A program made the translations under genes and the position numbers. The notes beneath the pieces are model-generated. The model was given only the letters and a program-made list of their open reading frames with translations. It searched no databases and was not told where the DNA came from. Source: Selaginella moellendorffii (Eukaryota; Plantae; Lycopodiophyta). From it: a stretch of 64,000 nt of DNA. Location of the stretch: NCBI RefSeq assembly GCF_000143415.4, contig NW_003314388.1, positions 124,001 to 188,000 of the forward strand, in the 5' to 3' direction. This document shows, in pieces, positions 27,777-39,460 of the stretch; position 1 is the stretch's first letter, and every line of letters starts with the position of its first letter.

Positions 27777-29836
27777 TATGAGACACAAAATCCCTAGGCC
27801 CCAAAGTGGAGCTGGAAATGGTGCCACGTGGTAGTGGCCGAAGTGAAAGCCAAACGAGTGTAACACGTTTGGACTAAAAGCTCCGACTTGAAAGGTCGAG
27901 AGCGGGAGTGGAACTCCCAACAAAGTGCTCAAGGAGCGAGCACGAAGCGAGCAATAAGCAAGGCTCCAAAAAGGGACCCAAAAAGGACCAACACATGACA
28001 CGTGGAAGTGTCTGAGATGGAGTCCAAGACGGACCCTAGTTGGAGTCCGAGATGGACCCGAAGTGGAGTCCGATATGGAGTCCGAAGTGGAGTCCGAGAT
28101 AGAGTCCGAGGTGGACCGAAGTGGAGTCCGAGGTGGACCGAGACGGAGTCCGAGATGGACCCGAGATGGAGTCCGAGATGGACCCGAGATGGAGTCCGAG
28201 ATGGAGTCCGAGGTGGACCGAGATGGAGTCCGAGATGGACCCGAGATGGAGTCCAAGATGGAGTCCGAGATGGACCGAGACGGAGTCCGAGATGGAGTCC
28301 GAGATGGACCAGAGATGGAGTCCGAGATGGAGCCCGAGGTGGACCGAGACGGAGTCCGAGATGGACCCGAGATGGAGTCCGAGATGGACCCGAGATGGAG
28401 TCCGAGATGGAGTCCGAGGTGGACCGAGATGGAGTCCGAGATGGACCCGAGATGGAGTCCAAGATGGAGTCCGAGATGGACCGAGACGGAGTCCGAGATG
28501 GAGTCCGAGATGGACCAGAGATGGAGTCCGAGATGGAGCCCGAGGTGGACCGAGACGGAGTCCGAGATGGACCCGAGATGGAGTCCGAGATGGACCGAGA
28601 CGGAGTCCGAGATGGACCGAGACGGACCGAGACGGAGCCCGAGATGGAGTCCGAGATGGAGTCCGAGAAGGACTCGAGATGGAGTCTGAGGTCGAGACCG
28701 AGACCGGGACCGAGACCGAGACCGAGACCAAGACCAGGACCGAGACCGGGACCGAGACCGGGACCGAGGCCAAGGCTGAGACCGAGCCCGAGCTCGAGTC
28801 CGAGTCCGAGTCCGAGTCCGAGTCCGAGTTCGAGTCTGAGAGGGTGAAAGCCCAAAGCGTTCATCTCCCAGACCTTGGGGGGTTTGGTGAGCTCCAAAAG
28901 TATAGTGAGGGGGAGGACTGCAGTGGAGCCAGTTTGGCCAGGAAAGGCCAGTTTGGCCCAGGAAGGCCAGACCCAGTGTTGGGTGATGAACTGACCACTG
29001 GGAAGTCCAAGACTAGAGTGAATACGGACCGACAAGCGGGGTAGCTTGGTGAAGTGTTCAAGAGCCGGCTCTAGTTCCCCCGGGAGATCGACTGGCCGAT
29101 GCTCCCAATCCAAGTGTGGGTGGCACTACCTACTTGGATACCAAGCGTGGCTCAATGGAACCTCGCTCTAAGCCCATGGCTAGAGCACCTAAAGGCGAAA
29201 GGGGGGGAGAGTACCCAGGTGGCTCGCGTAAGGCCACGGTGTTCCGAAAAGTTGTCCCAAAGGCCTAGACTGTGGAAAGGAAGAGGAGCAATCCTCTGGG
29301 GTAGTGACTAAGGACACAGTCGTGAGGTGAGGAAGTCCTAGAGGACCATGGGACTTAGTGGTCGGGCCTGTGGGCCTCGATCCAGTGGTAGTGTTGGCAA
29401 ACACGGCCAGGGGCAGAGAGGGACTTGGTAGGAACTGATAAAGGGACTTTGGGGAAGGCGATTCCCCAGGTCTGTGGGCATCCTAAGGATGCTAAGGAGT
29501 GGATCTAGGATGACCACTTGTGGACAGATGGCCTAGTCTTGGAGAGACGGGATGGTGATGCAAGTGGTATTGGACCACTAGTGCAGCAAAGGTGAATGGG
29601 CATGGCCTTAGCGTAACGGGCCGAGGTGTCAGTGGTACCTTTGGGTGTCGGTCTTGGGACCGGACACGTGGAGCACTTGGACCAGGTGCAAGTGTTGAGT
29701 GGCATGGAGGCCATTCTTGGGGCTAGCAAATCCCAAGTCCTGAATTGGACTGATGGAGGTTGTGAATGAGGCTCCTCCAAGTGGTCGGAGGTGTGGTTAA
29801 GTGACTAAAGTAGAATGGAAAATTTAGTCGCTTACA
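27777..29836 (+). mobile_element. Element B: solo LTR of family 1 (~2.06 kb) inserted in the repeat array of C
   Basis: TATGAGACACAAAATCCC...GTCGCTTACA termini. TSD GAGTC/AAGTC. Expanded 12-mer array at ~28012-28840. Confidence 0.88.
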
Positions 29837-32800
29837 AAGTCTAAGTCCGAATTCGAGTCTGAGAGGGTGAAAGCCCAAAGTGTTCGTCTCCTAGACCCTA
29901 GGGGGTTTGGTGAGCTCCAAAATTATAGTAAGGGGGAGGACTCTAGTGGAGCCAGTTTGGCCTAGGAAGGCTATACCTAGGTGTTGGGTGACAAGATAGC
30001 CACTGGGAGGTCTAAGGCTAGAGTGATTATGGACTGTCAAGTGGGGTAGCTTGATGAAATGTTCAAAAGCCAGCTCTAGTTGTCGCGAATGTAACTTCAA
30101 GTATCGAAAGCTCCTTGTTGGCTAGTCCTTACGGACACTCTTTCCTTACTGCCACGATGGCAGGAGGTTAGTATTGCTGGTTCCCTTTATTAGCCCCTTT
30201 TTTTTAAGTGTTAGTAAACTGGGTTAGCACCTGTACTTAGCCAGATGGACATAAGGTATGAACTCTTATGTGTTTCTAGCTGAGCATACTTGGCCTGGCT
30301 TTTAGTTCTCTTTTACTCTGTCTTGCACTGGCTTGATAAGAACCCTCGCATATTGAGATTAGTCTCTCAATATCGCTAGATGATAGCTTACTGTGTTTGC
30401 CAAACACCCTCGCTATCATGCCCTTGTAAGCCACAAATTTTTCCTTTTCAATTTGCCAGCTTACCTCGCCTATCCGACCAACTCTGCCTTGGCTTGTGCT
30501 AAGTTCCCTCGCCAAGGTTCTCGCCTATGGTGCCAGCTCCTACTTGGTTTCAGCTACTTACTGCATGAGCAACGGAGTGTTAGCCATCCATCTATGGATT
30601 CCCAAATCTCTCCCAATCCCCCTCCCCGGGTTAGACTGGACTTAAGGTTCGGCTACACTCCCCGCAGGCACAAGCAGCCAAGCACACCAAGCCTCCAGAT
30701 TCCTAACACCCCAAGGTACCACAAGGCTTGATCATGGGACCCTCTAAATCCCAAGCCTTGGGTGCAGCACTTGCTTCGGGACGTCGGGGCGAAACACCGT
30801 GGCCTAACGGCCCGGTATGGGTACCTCTACCCCCCCACTTCCATCCCGAAGGGAAGGCCCAAGCCCCCGGAAGGGCGAGGACCAATGAGCCACAAGGTAC
30901 TCAAGTGGGGCACCACTCCACCTGAGCCAGGAGCACCGCAGTCGGTTTCCCTTTCGGGAGTGGGAGCTGCTCTTGAGCACTTCCTTGGATGGCCCCTCCG
31001 GCAGCAGCCCAGTCCGTGCTCACTCCCACCCAAGGCCCCTCGGTCCCAGTCCCAACCTCAAGTCAGTTTGGAAGCCCAACTGGAGAGTCCCTTCTAAACT
31101 GGTTCCTGGACCTCACTATCCCTACTATACTTTTGGAACCCCCTGCAGCCCCCCCCCCCCCTGGGAGACGCACGCTTTGGGCTTTCACCCCTTGACCCGT
31201 ATTAGTATTTGGACTTAGTCTCTGGCTCGATCTCGGACCCGATTTCGGATCCGACTTCGGATTTGGTTTCGGACTCGATCTCGGACTCGATCTCGGACCC
31301 GATCTCGGATCCGACCTCGGACTCGACCTCGGACTCGACCTCGGACTCGGTCTCGGACCCGATTTCGGATCTCGGACTCCGTCTCGAACTCCGTCTCGAA
31401 CTCGGTCTCGAACTCGGACTCGAACTCGGTCCCCGAGTCGGTCTTGGACTCGATTCCGGACCCTATCTCGAACTCGGTCCTAGAGTCGGTCTTGGACTCG
31501 ATCCTCGACTTGGTCCCATCCGATGAACTCTTTGTCATTTCGGTCAAGCTTTTGGGGATCCTTTAGCCTACGACATCTCGGGGAGTCGGTTCCTTACAGC
31601 CCTTTGTGTTAGTCTCATTTTGGTCCCAAATGCTATTTATGGAAAGTGTCTATATCTGCTTATTTGGCATATTTACGGAATGTAGAGATTAGTCAGAACA
31701 CAATGGTGTTTGTCCCATGTCCAAATTTGCAATCTAGCACCATTCCATATTTAGTAAATTTCAAGCTTGTCCTAGAGAGTAACTCTTGATATTAAGGGAG
31801 GGAGCTGTGGGGGGTTCTAAATGTATAACAGGGATAGTGGGTAGGTCGAGCATGGCCGACCAACCTGAGGCATGGTCTAGCTCCTGTTTGCATGCCTGTC
31901 CTTGTTCTGCATCCGGCTTGGGTCTAAGCCTAATGTAAGCGACTAAATTTTCCATTTTACTTTAGTCACTTAACCACACCTCCGACCACTTGGAGGAGTC
32001 TCATTCACAACCTCCATCAATCCAATTCAGGACTTGGGACTTGCTAGCCCCAAGAATGGCATCCATGCCACTCCACACTTGCACCTGGTCCAAGTGCTCC
32101 ACGTGTCCGGTCCTGAGACCGACACCCAAAGGTACCACTGACATCTCGGCCCGTTACGCTAAGGCCATGCCCATTCACCTTTGCTGCACTAGTGGTTCAA
32201 CACCACTTGCATCACCACCTCGTCTCTCCAAGACTGGGCCATGTGTCCACGAGGGGTCATCCTAGATCCACTCCTTAGCATCCTTAGGATGTCCACAGAC
32301 CTGGGGAATTGCCTTCCCCAAAGTCCCTTTGTCAGTTCCTACCAAGTCCCTTTCTGCCCCTGGCCGTGTTTGCCAACACTGCCACTGGATCGAGGCCCAC
32401 AGGCCCGACCCCTAAGTCCCACGGTCCTCTGGGACTTCCTCACCACATGACTGTGTCCTTGGTCACTACCCCAGAGGACTGCTCCTCTTCCTTTCCACAG
32501 TCTGGGCCTTTGGGACAACATTTCGGAACACCGTGGCCTTACGCGAGCCACCTGGGTACTCTCCTCGCCTTCTGCCCTTGGGTGCTCTAGCCATGGGCTT
32601 AGAGCGGGTTCCATTGAGCCACACTAGGTATCCAAGTAGGTAGTGCCACCCACACTTGGACTGGGAGCATCGGCCAATCGATCTCCCGGGGGAACTAGAG
32701 CCGGCTCTTGAACACTTCACCAAGCTACCCCGCTTGTCGGTCCGTATTCACTCTAGTCTTGGACTTCCCAGTGGTCAGTTCCTCACCCAACACTGGGTCT

Positions 32801-32932
32801 GGCCTTCCTGGGCCAAACTGGCCTTTCCTGGCCAAACTGCCTCCACTGCAGTCCTCCCCCTGCTATACTTTTGGAGCTCACCAAACCCCCCAGGGTCTGG
32901 GAGACGAACGCTTTGGGCTTTCACCCTCTCAG

Positions 32933-33047
32933 GCTCCGGACTCGGACTCGGACTCGGACTCGGACTCGGACTCGGACTCGGATTCGGACTCGGACTCGGG
33001 CTCGGGCTCGGTCTCGGCCTCGGCCTCGGTCTCGGTCTCGGTCCCGA

Positions 33048-33094
<47 letters not shown>

Positions 33095-33570
33095 ACTTCG
33101 GACTCCATCTCGGACTCCACCTCGGACTCCATCTCGGACTCCATCTTGGACTCCATCTCGGACTCCATCTCGGACTCCATCTCGGACTCCATCTCGGGTC
33201 CATCTCGGGTCCATCTCGGACTCCATCTCGGACTCCATCTCGGGTCCATCTCGGACTCCATCTCGGGTCCATCTCGGACTCCATCTCGGACTCCATTTTG
33301 GGTCCATCTCGGGTCCACCTCGGACTCCATCTCGGACTCCATCTCGGACTCCATCTCGGGTCCATCTCGGACTCCACTTCGGACTCCAGCTCGGGTCCAT
33401 CTCGGGTCCACCTCGGACTCCATCTCGGACTCGACTTTGGACTCCAACTCGGGTCCATCTCAGGTCCACCTCGGACTCCACTTCGGACTCCATCTCGGAC
33501 TCCACTTCGGACTCCAACTCGGGTCCATCTCGAGTCCACCTCGGACTCCACTTCGGACTCCATCTCGGAC
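32933..33570. repeat. Hexamer/12-mer minisatellite within the family-1 LTR (also 39299-39936, 28012-28840, 27460-27776; related array at 31220-31520)
   Basis: (GGACTC)n, (GGTCTC)n and (CTCGGACTCCAT)n arrays. Confidence 0.95.
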
Positions 33571-36500
33571 ACTCCCACGTGTCATGTGTTGGTCCTTTTG
33601 GGTCCCTTTTTGGAGCCTCGCCTTTTGCTCGCTTCGTGCTCGTTCCTCGAGCACTTCGTTGGGAGTTCCACTCCCGCTCTTGACTTTTCAAGTCGGAGCT
33701 TTTGGTCCAAACGTGTTACGCTCGTTTGGCTCTCGCTTCGGCCACTACCATGTGGCGCCCTTCCGGCTCCACTTTGGGGCCTAGGGATTTTGTGTCTCAC
33801 AACTCCACCACCCATAGACGAAGTTCGATGTCCTCATTGAACGGTAAACCATTTTGTAAAGTAACACTCGTATGTGTTACCATTTCCATCCTTGGCACCT
33901 AGCCAATATTTGTCAATGGTTTGACATTGAAGGCTCACCATGCCTTTTGCATATGCCTCAATGGTTTGACACCAAAGGCTCACCATGCCTTGCCTATCCT
34001 CTAAGGAGGGTAGTCTCCCCAACTTAGAGACTGATTGGACCACAAGGAATGGTTCTCTCCTTTTATTGGTTTAGTTCTCGCTAAACCTCTTAGAGACCCT
34101 TCTCTAAGTCAATCCCACTACTCCTTCTCGAGTAGTCTCAATTTCCATCGATATAACCTTTGCACTTTGGAACTTTGAATTTTGACTTCTTGGAGTCAAT
34201 TTCCTAGGTGTCTCCGACACCTTGCCTTGCACCTTTTGTGCAACTCCACTTCCCATCCTAGGAAGTTCTCTACTCGAGGGCACCATCATCCTCTCTTCTA
34301 TTTCGTGCCAAAGTTCCAGTTATCATACTTTGTGCTAGGGCTGTTCATCGCCCTATCATTTGGCTACCTTACCGCTCCCTCCCTTGGAGCTTCCACTTTT
34401 GCCAAATCGGAGCAATTCGGAATCCCTCCTTGGAAACACACTTCCTTTCCCGCAACTTGTTAGCGTCCAACACATTAGTGTTCCTCGCCTAACTTTGTCA
34501 CTTGGATTCCTTCCAAGGGATTCCACGGCCCTATCTTGGCCATTCATCTTTTGCTCCTATCCGTTGATTGTTGCACCAAGCAACATCGAATCTCTACCTC
34601 CCTCCTTGAGGTATTGTTTCGGTTCCATAGCAAAGACTCTTCTTTGCCAAGTCCGGAGGATGTTCACCCCTAGTACGTCTCTTTAGCATCTTCTGCTATG
34701 GGCTCTATCCACGGCCCAACTTCGTGACCCTCCCATGGGTCTTTTATAGAGACTACTTTCCTCGGACTCACTATGCCATCGCACGGACATAGTTTATTTC
34801 CCTTAGGTGCTCTTCCCACTTGGTTATCACGACCAAGCCACACCACCTTAAACAGTTCAATCTCAACATTTTGAACCAGGAACTTCATTCCTTAGCCAAC
34901 CAAGGACCTTGTCCTTTTCTGGCCATAAGATCACCTAGTGATCTCACCTTGGCACCTTAACAGAGTTGCCAAGAGGTACTTGGTTTTCTAGACCTCCAAG
35001 TTGTTGACTATAACCCCGGGGGCATCCCCCACACTTGGCGGTGCACCCAAGCTAGCCCTTACGGCCAAGGGTTCATAGCAACTGAGATTAGGTGTCCCCA
35101 TCTCACTCACCACGACCTTGGTGCCACTTGCACCAAAGTGTTCAAGTTAGATATGCTGAGCTTTCACACTAAGCAATCTAACCGTGCATCACGACTCCGA
35201 GGCATCCCTCGCTTGGCGGTGTGCCCAAACCAGTCTCCCCACTGAGAGTCCATGACCACCGAAATATGAGTGTCCTCATATTCCAAACCATCACCACGCC
35301 CTAGTGATTTGGGACTCGAACCCAAGCACTAGAGGGTCGGGACTCGAACCCAACCTCCGTATATGCATCTACGGACGGCATCACACTAGATGCCTGGCAT
35401 GACTCCCCACGCCGGTGCACCAACCTATTTTTAAAGCGCGCTACAGATCACAGCTTAGGAACCTAGTTCCTCCACACTGCCAAGTCCTCTCACTTGACAT
35501 GTCTGTGATCATGCATGGACTCCTCCATGCTCGGCCCCATGGCCCACCCTTTTTGAAGTTATCACCTTCAACTAGGGTCTTTGTTCCCCTGACGTGCCAA
35601 TCTCACTTGGCAAGTCCTCCGACCATTGTAACATGGTTCCTGCATAAGTGTGAAAGTCCTTGACCATCGACTTTCGTTCAAAGCCCTCTCTTTGAACACT
35701 CGGGAACTACTTCCCTAACCTTGATAACCTTGCCTCATGGCAAGCTTCAAGACCACGCTTCTGCTGCGCCACTCTGATTTCGCGTGTTCCATGAACCATT
35801 TACACTTGGCCTTTCTAGGTACTACGCTACCTAGAATCGTCTTTGGGAACCTTGAAGGAACTCTGTCCCTCAGCTTGCTAAGGCCTCCCCTTTCGCAAGC
35901 TTTATAGTTGCCATATAGTCTAACATGGACAATTCCATATTTTAGACTCTCCATGGCATCACGGTTGCTAGCAACAACATCCTCGAGCACCCTCTTGATT
36001 CCCCACTCCCAACTTTCATAACCACTGTTGGATATGCCCTTTGATTTCTATGGTTCAATTCCATCCCAATACTACTTGCTTTTGGCTTCACACCTTTCCT
36101 TCGGTCATTCTCCTCTAGACCAGGAGGATAGCTTTGCACTTTCTGTCATGCTTTAGCAAGTATTCTTAGGGATGGACCTACCCAATAGCCTAGGGAGTGG
36201 TTCCTCAATCCGGGTATGCTCACCTTATAATCCCACACACTGGGATTACATTGTTGCTTATGGGCCTTTACATGCCCATCACTAGCCTTGCCAAAATTCC
36301 ATTTTTGGCTTTGTCCAATTCGGGTAGACAGTCCTCTCCTGTCTCCGCAACCTTGGACATTTGGATAGCACCTTCTATCCATCATTCGCTAGGGACTTAG
36401 TCCCTTGGGCTTTATCCATTGCCCTCGCGACATCAAACACCACCTTCTGGTGTTCTAGAGTGTCCGGGTGTCCCAATGATGGCTTTCTTGACAATGAGTA

Positions 36501-37897
36501 TTTCCTTTTATGACATTGACTTACTATATCGCAACACAAGCAACTTATCCCCCGTAAGGGTATATCCAACTTCTTTATGCTATTAAGAAGTCTTGGGTAG
36601 CTACCTTCTACCCGTTTAACCAGTTATTTTGCACCTCTTGCTTAGTTGCCTCATAGTTGTCAAGTCCTACAACTCATTGCTTGGTGCTTTCACACCTCCA
36701 TCATTATCTGGGTCACCACACTCCAACTGCATGCTCTGCAGCTTAGGCTATGCTATTCCCATTTCCATTGGGATTCCTTTGGCAAGGGGTTCTCATGAAC
36801 CCACCAACATAGCCTCAAGGTATCACACCTTGGCACATTTGGTGTCTCCACACCATCGGCTCCACGAGCCTACCTCTATGACATTTCCCCTTCGTGTCTA
36901 AGTCTTTGCCAAGACCAACACCGCTCTTTCTCATGCCAACCATCCGTTAGCACTGCACCATAGAGGTCACACACAACTTTATGTCAGAGTTGTTTTCTTC
37001 TGGGAACACCTTTCCCATAACTTTAGCATGGCCTATTTTGCCATCGATGAGATACCCTCTGTTCTCATCCTTGGATCCTATGATCCCCCCCCCATCCTTT
37101 GTGGGGTACAACACACCTCAGTCCAAATGCTTCCATCAGTCCTTTTAGGACCATCCGTTGACTCTACTTGAGTCATCCAGCAATTTTGGACTTGGTTAAT
37201 CCACAGACCCGTAAGGTCCTACTTGTGAGGCACTAGCTCACTGGAATACACTTCTTGCATTCCTGTCCTACTCAAAAGGACTATTTTCACAAGTGTTACT
37301 CCGACACTTGATTTTGTTCTCTGGGGGCAACCTTTGCCCCTTAGGACTACTTGTCCATGTGATGAGAATACCAACTCATCCACTCAATACACCCCAACTC
37401 CTTGGGTTGTTCCAGCATTTATTAGAGGTAGCCCCGGCTACCATTTCAAGGACTTGAGTCCTCTTCCGTATTTGACCTTCCACGGTCATTACCTTTGGTC
37501 TCACATTCATGAGCACCAACCTCAACTATATGAGGATAATCTTGTGACTCCTTTATTGCTTTGGAGTCTTTATCTTTCCCGTGATCCCAACTGTAATTGT
37601 TTACCACAACTACATTAGCCAGTTTGCTAAGTCAAACGCTCATCTGGATCACATCCTCAACTCTTTGAGGAAAACCATATACTGTTCCCAAGATCCCAAA
37701 GTCGTTCCATTATTGACCCTTTTCTATCCACCACCTCGTCTACAAGTTCACACATGAACTGTAATGGAGAGCCATGTCTTCCCGACTTGCTACTCCTCAA
37801 GGATAGGCCCACTCCTCGGACCTTCCGATGCCAACACTAGTGGTGATATACTTGAGAACCAATAAAAGTCGGACTAAGGAACAGCTCCGATACCAAA

Positions 37898-38299
37898 TGT
37901 AAGCTCTTGAGTTTGGACTTCCCGGGAGGTCACCCAGCCCAGTACTATTCAAACCCAAGGACGCTTAACCCCAAATATCCCAAGACCCTTAACCGATTGG
38001 AAAAGGGGGTGCACTCTTGTTCATGGGCCCTTTCCCTCTATATTTGAACCCTTATGGATCGTCTCTCGAGTCGTTCCCTTTGGTTGCTTACAATCCACCA
38101 CGCTTCCCTGCAAGTTCACGCCCTCGTGAACGGAAGCTGAGAGCCGCAGCTCTCCCAAGAGCCTCGCTCTCTTGACACCCTACCCCTCGGGTCGAGCCCA
38201 GCGGGAGCAAACTGGACCAGCCAGATGTCAATCAATATGTGGTGCGATTCCCCTAAGCCAACCAATAGAGTCGGACCCAAGACGGCTCCGATACCAAAT
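37898..38299 (-). mobile_element. Cassandra-type TRIM unit (internal domain + one 195-bp LTR) embedded in element A
   Basis: 38093-38296 matches the internal domain of the free TRIM at 49352-49556. 37898-38092 matches its LTR, including the 5S block at 37969-37915. A second PBS follows at 37895-37884. No TSD. Confidence 0.92.
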
Positions 38300-39413
38300 T
38301 GTAAGCGACTAAATTTTCCATTTTACTTTAGTCACTTAACCACACCTCCGACCACTTGGAGGAGTCTCATTCACAACCTCCATCAATCCAATTCAGGACT
38401 TGGGACTTGCTAGCCCCAAGAATGGCATCCATGCCACTCCACACTTGCACCTGGTCCAAGTGCTCCACGTGTCCGGTCCTGAGACCGACACCCAAAGGTA
38501 CCACTGACATCTCGGCCCGTTACGTTAAGGCCATGCCCATTCACCTTTGCTGCACTAGTGGTTCAACACCACTTGCATCACCACCTCGTCTCTCCAAGAC
38601 TGGGCCATGTGTCCACGAGGGGTCATCCTAGATCCACTCCTTAGCATCCTTAGGATGCCCACAGACCTGGGGAATTGCCTTCCCCAAAGTCCCTTTGTCA
38701 GTTCCTACCAAGTCCCTTTCTGCCCCTGGCCGTGTTTGCCAACACTGCCACTGGATCGAGGCCCACAGGCCCGACCCCTAAGTCCCACGGTCCTCTGGGA
38801 CTTCCTCACCACATGACTGTGTCCTTGGTCACTACCCCAGAGGACTGCTCCTCTTCCTTTCCACAGTCTGGGCCTTTGGGACAACATTTTGGAACACCGT
38901 GGCCTTACGCGAGCCACCTGGGTACTCTCCTCGCCTTCTGCCCTTGGGTGCTCTAGCCATGGGCTTAGAGCGGGTTCCATTGAGCCACACTAGGTATCCA
39001 AGTAGGTAGTGCCACCCACACTTGGACTGGGAGCATCGGCCAATCGATCTCCCGGGGGAACTAGAGCCGGCTCTTGAACACTTCACCAAGCTACCCCGCT
39101 TGTCGGTCCGTATTCACTCTAGTCTTGGACTTCCCAGTGGTCAGTTCCTCACCCAACACTGGGTCTGGCCTTCCTGGGCCAAACTGGCCTTTCCTGGCCA
39201 AACTGGCTCCACTGCAGTCCTCCCCCTGCTATACTTTTGGAGCTCACCAAACCCCCCAGGGTCTGGGAGACGAACGCTTTGGGCTTTCACCCTCTCAGGC
39301 TCCGGACTCGGACTCGGACTCGGACTCGAACTCGGACTCGGACTCGGATTCGGACTCGGACTCGGGCTCGGGCTCGGTCTCGGCCTCGGCCTCGGTCTCG
39401 GTCTCGGTCCCGA

Positions 39414-39460
<47 letters not shown>

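Noticed and set aside
28012-28840. CRISPR-like regular repeats
   Set aside because: Contiguous minisatellite with no unique spacers, no cas genes and a eukaryotic context.
33814-37720. gag-pol in element A
   Set aside because: Only faint peptide resemblances (e.g. SPRKVVSIKD). No long ORF or catalytic motif that I can support.
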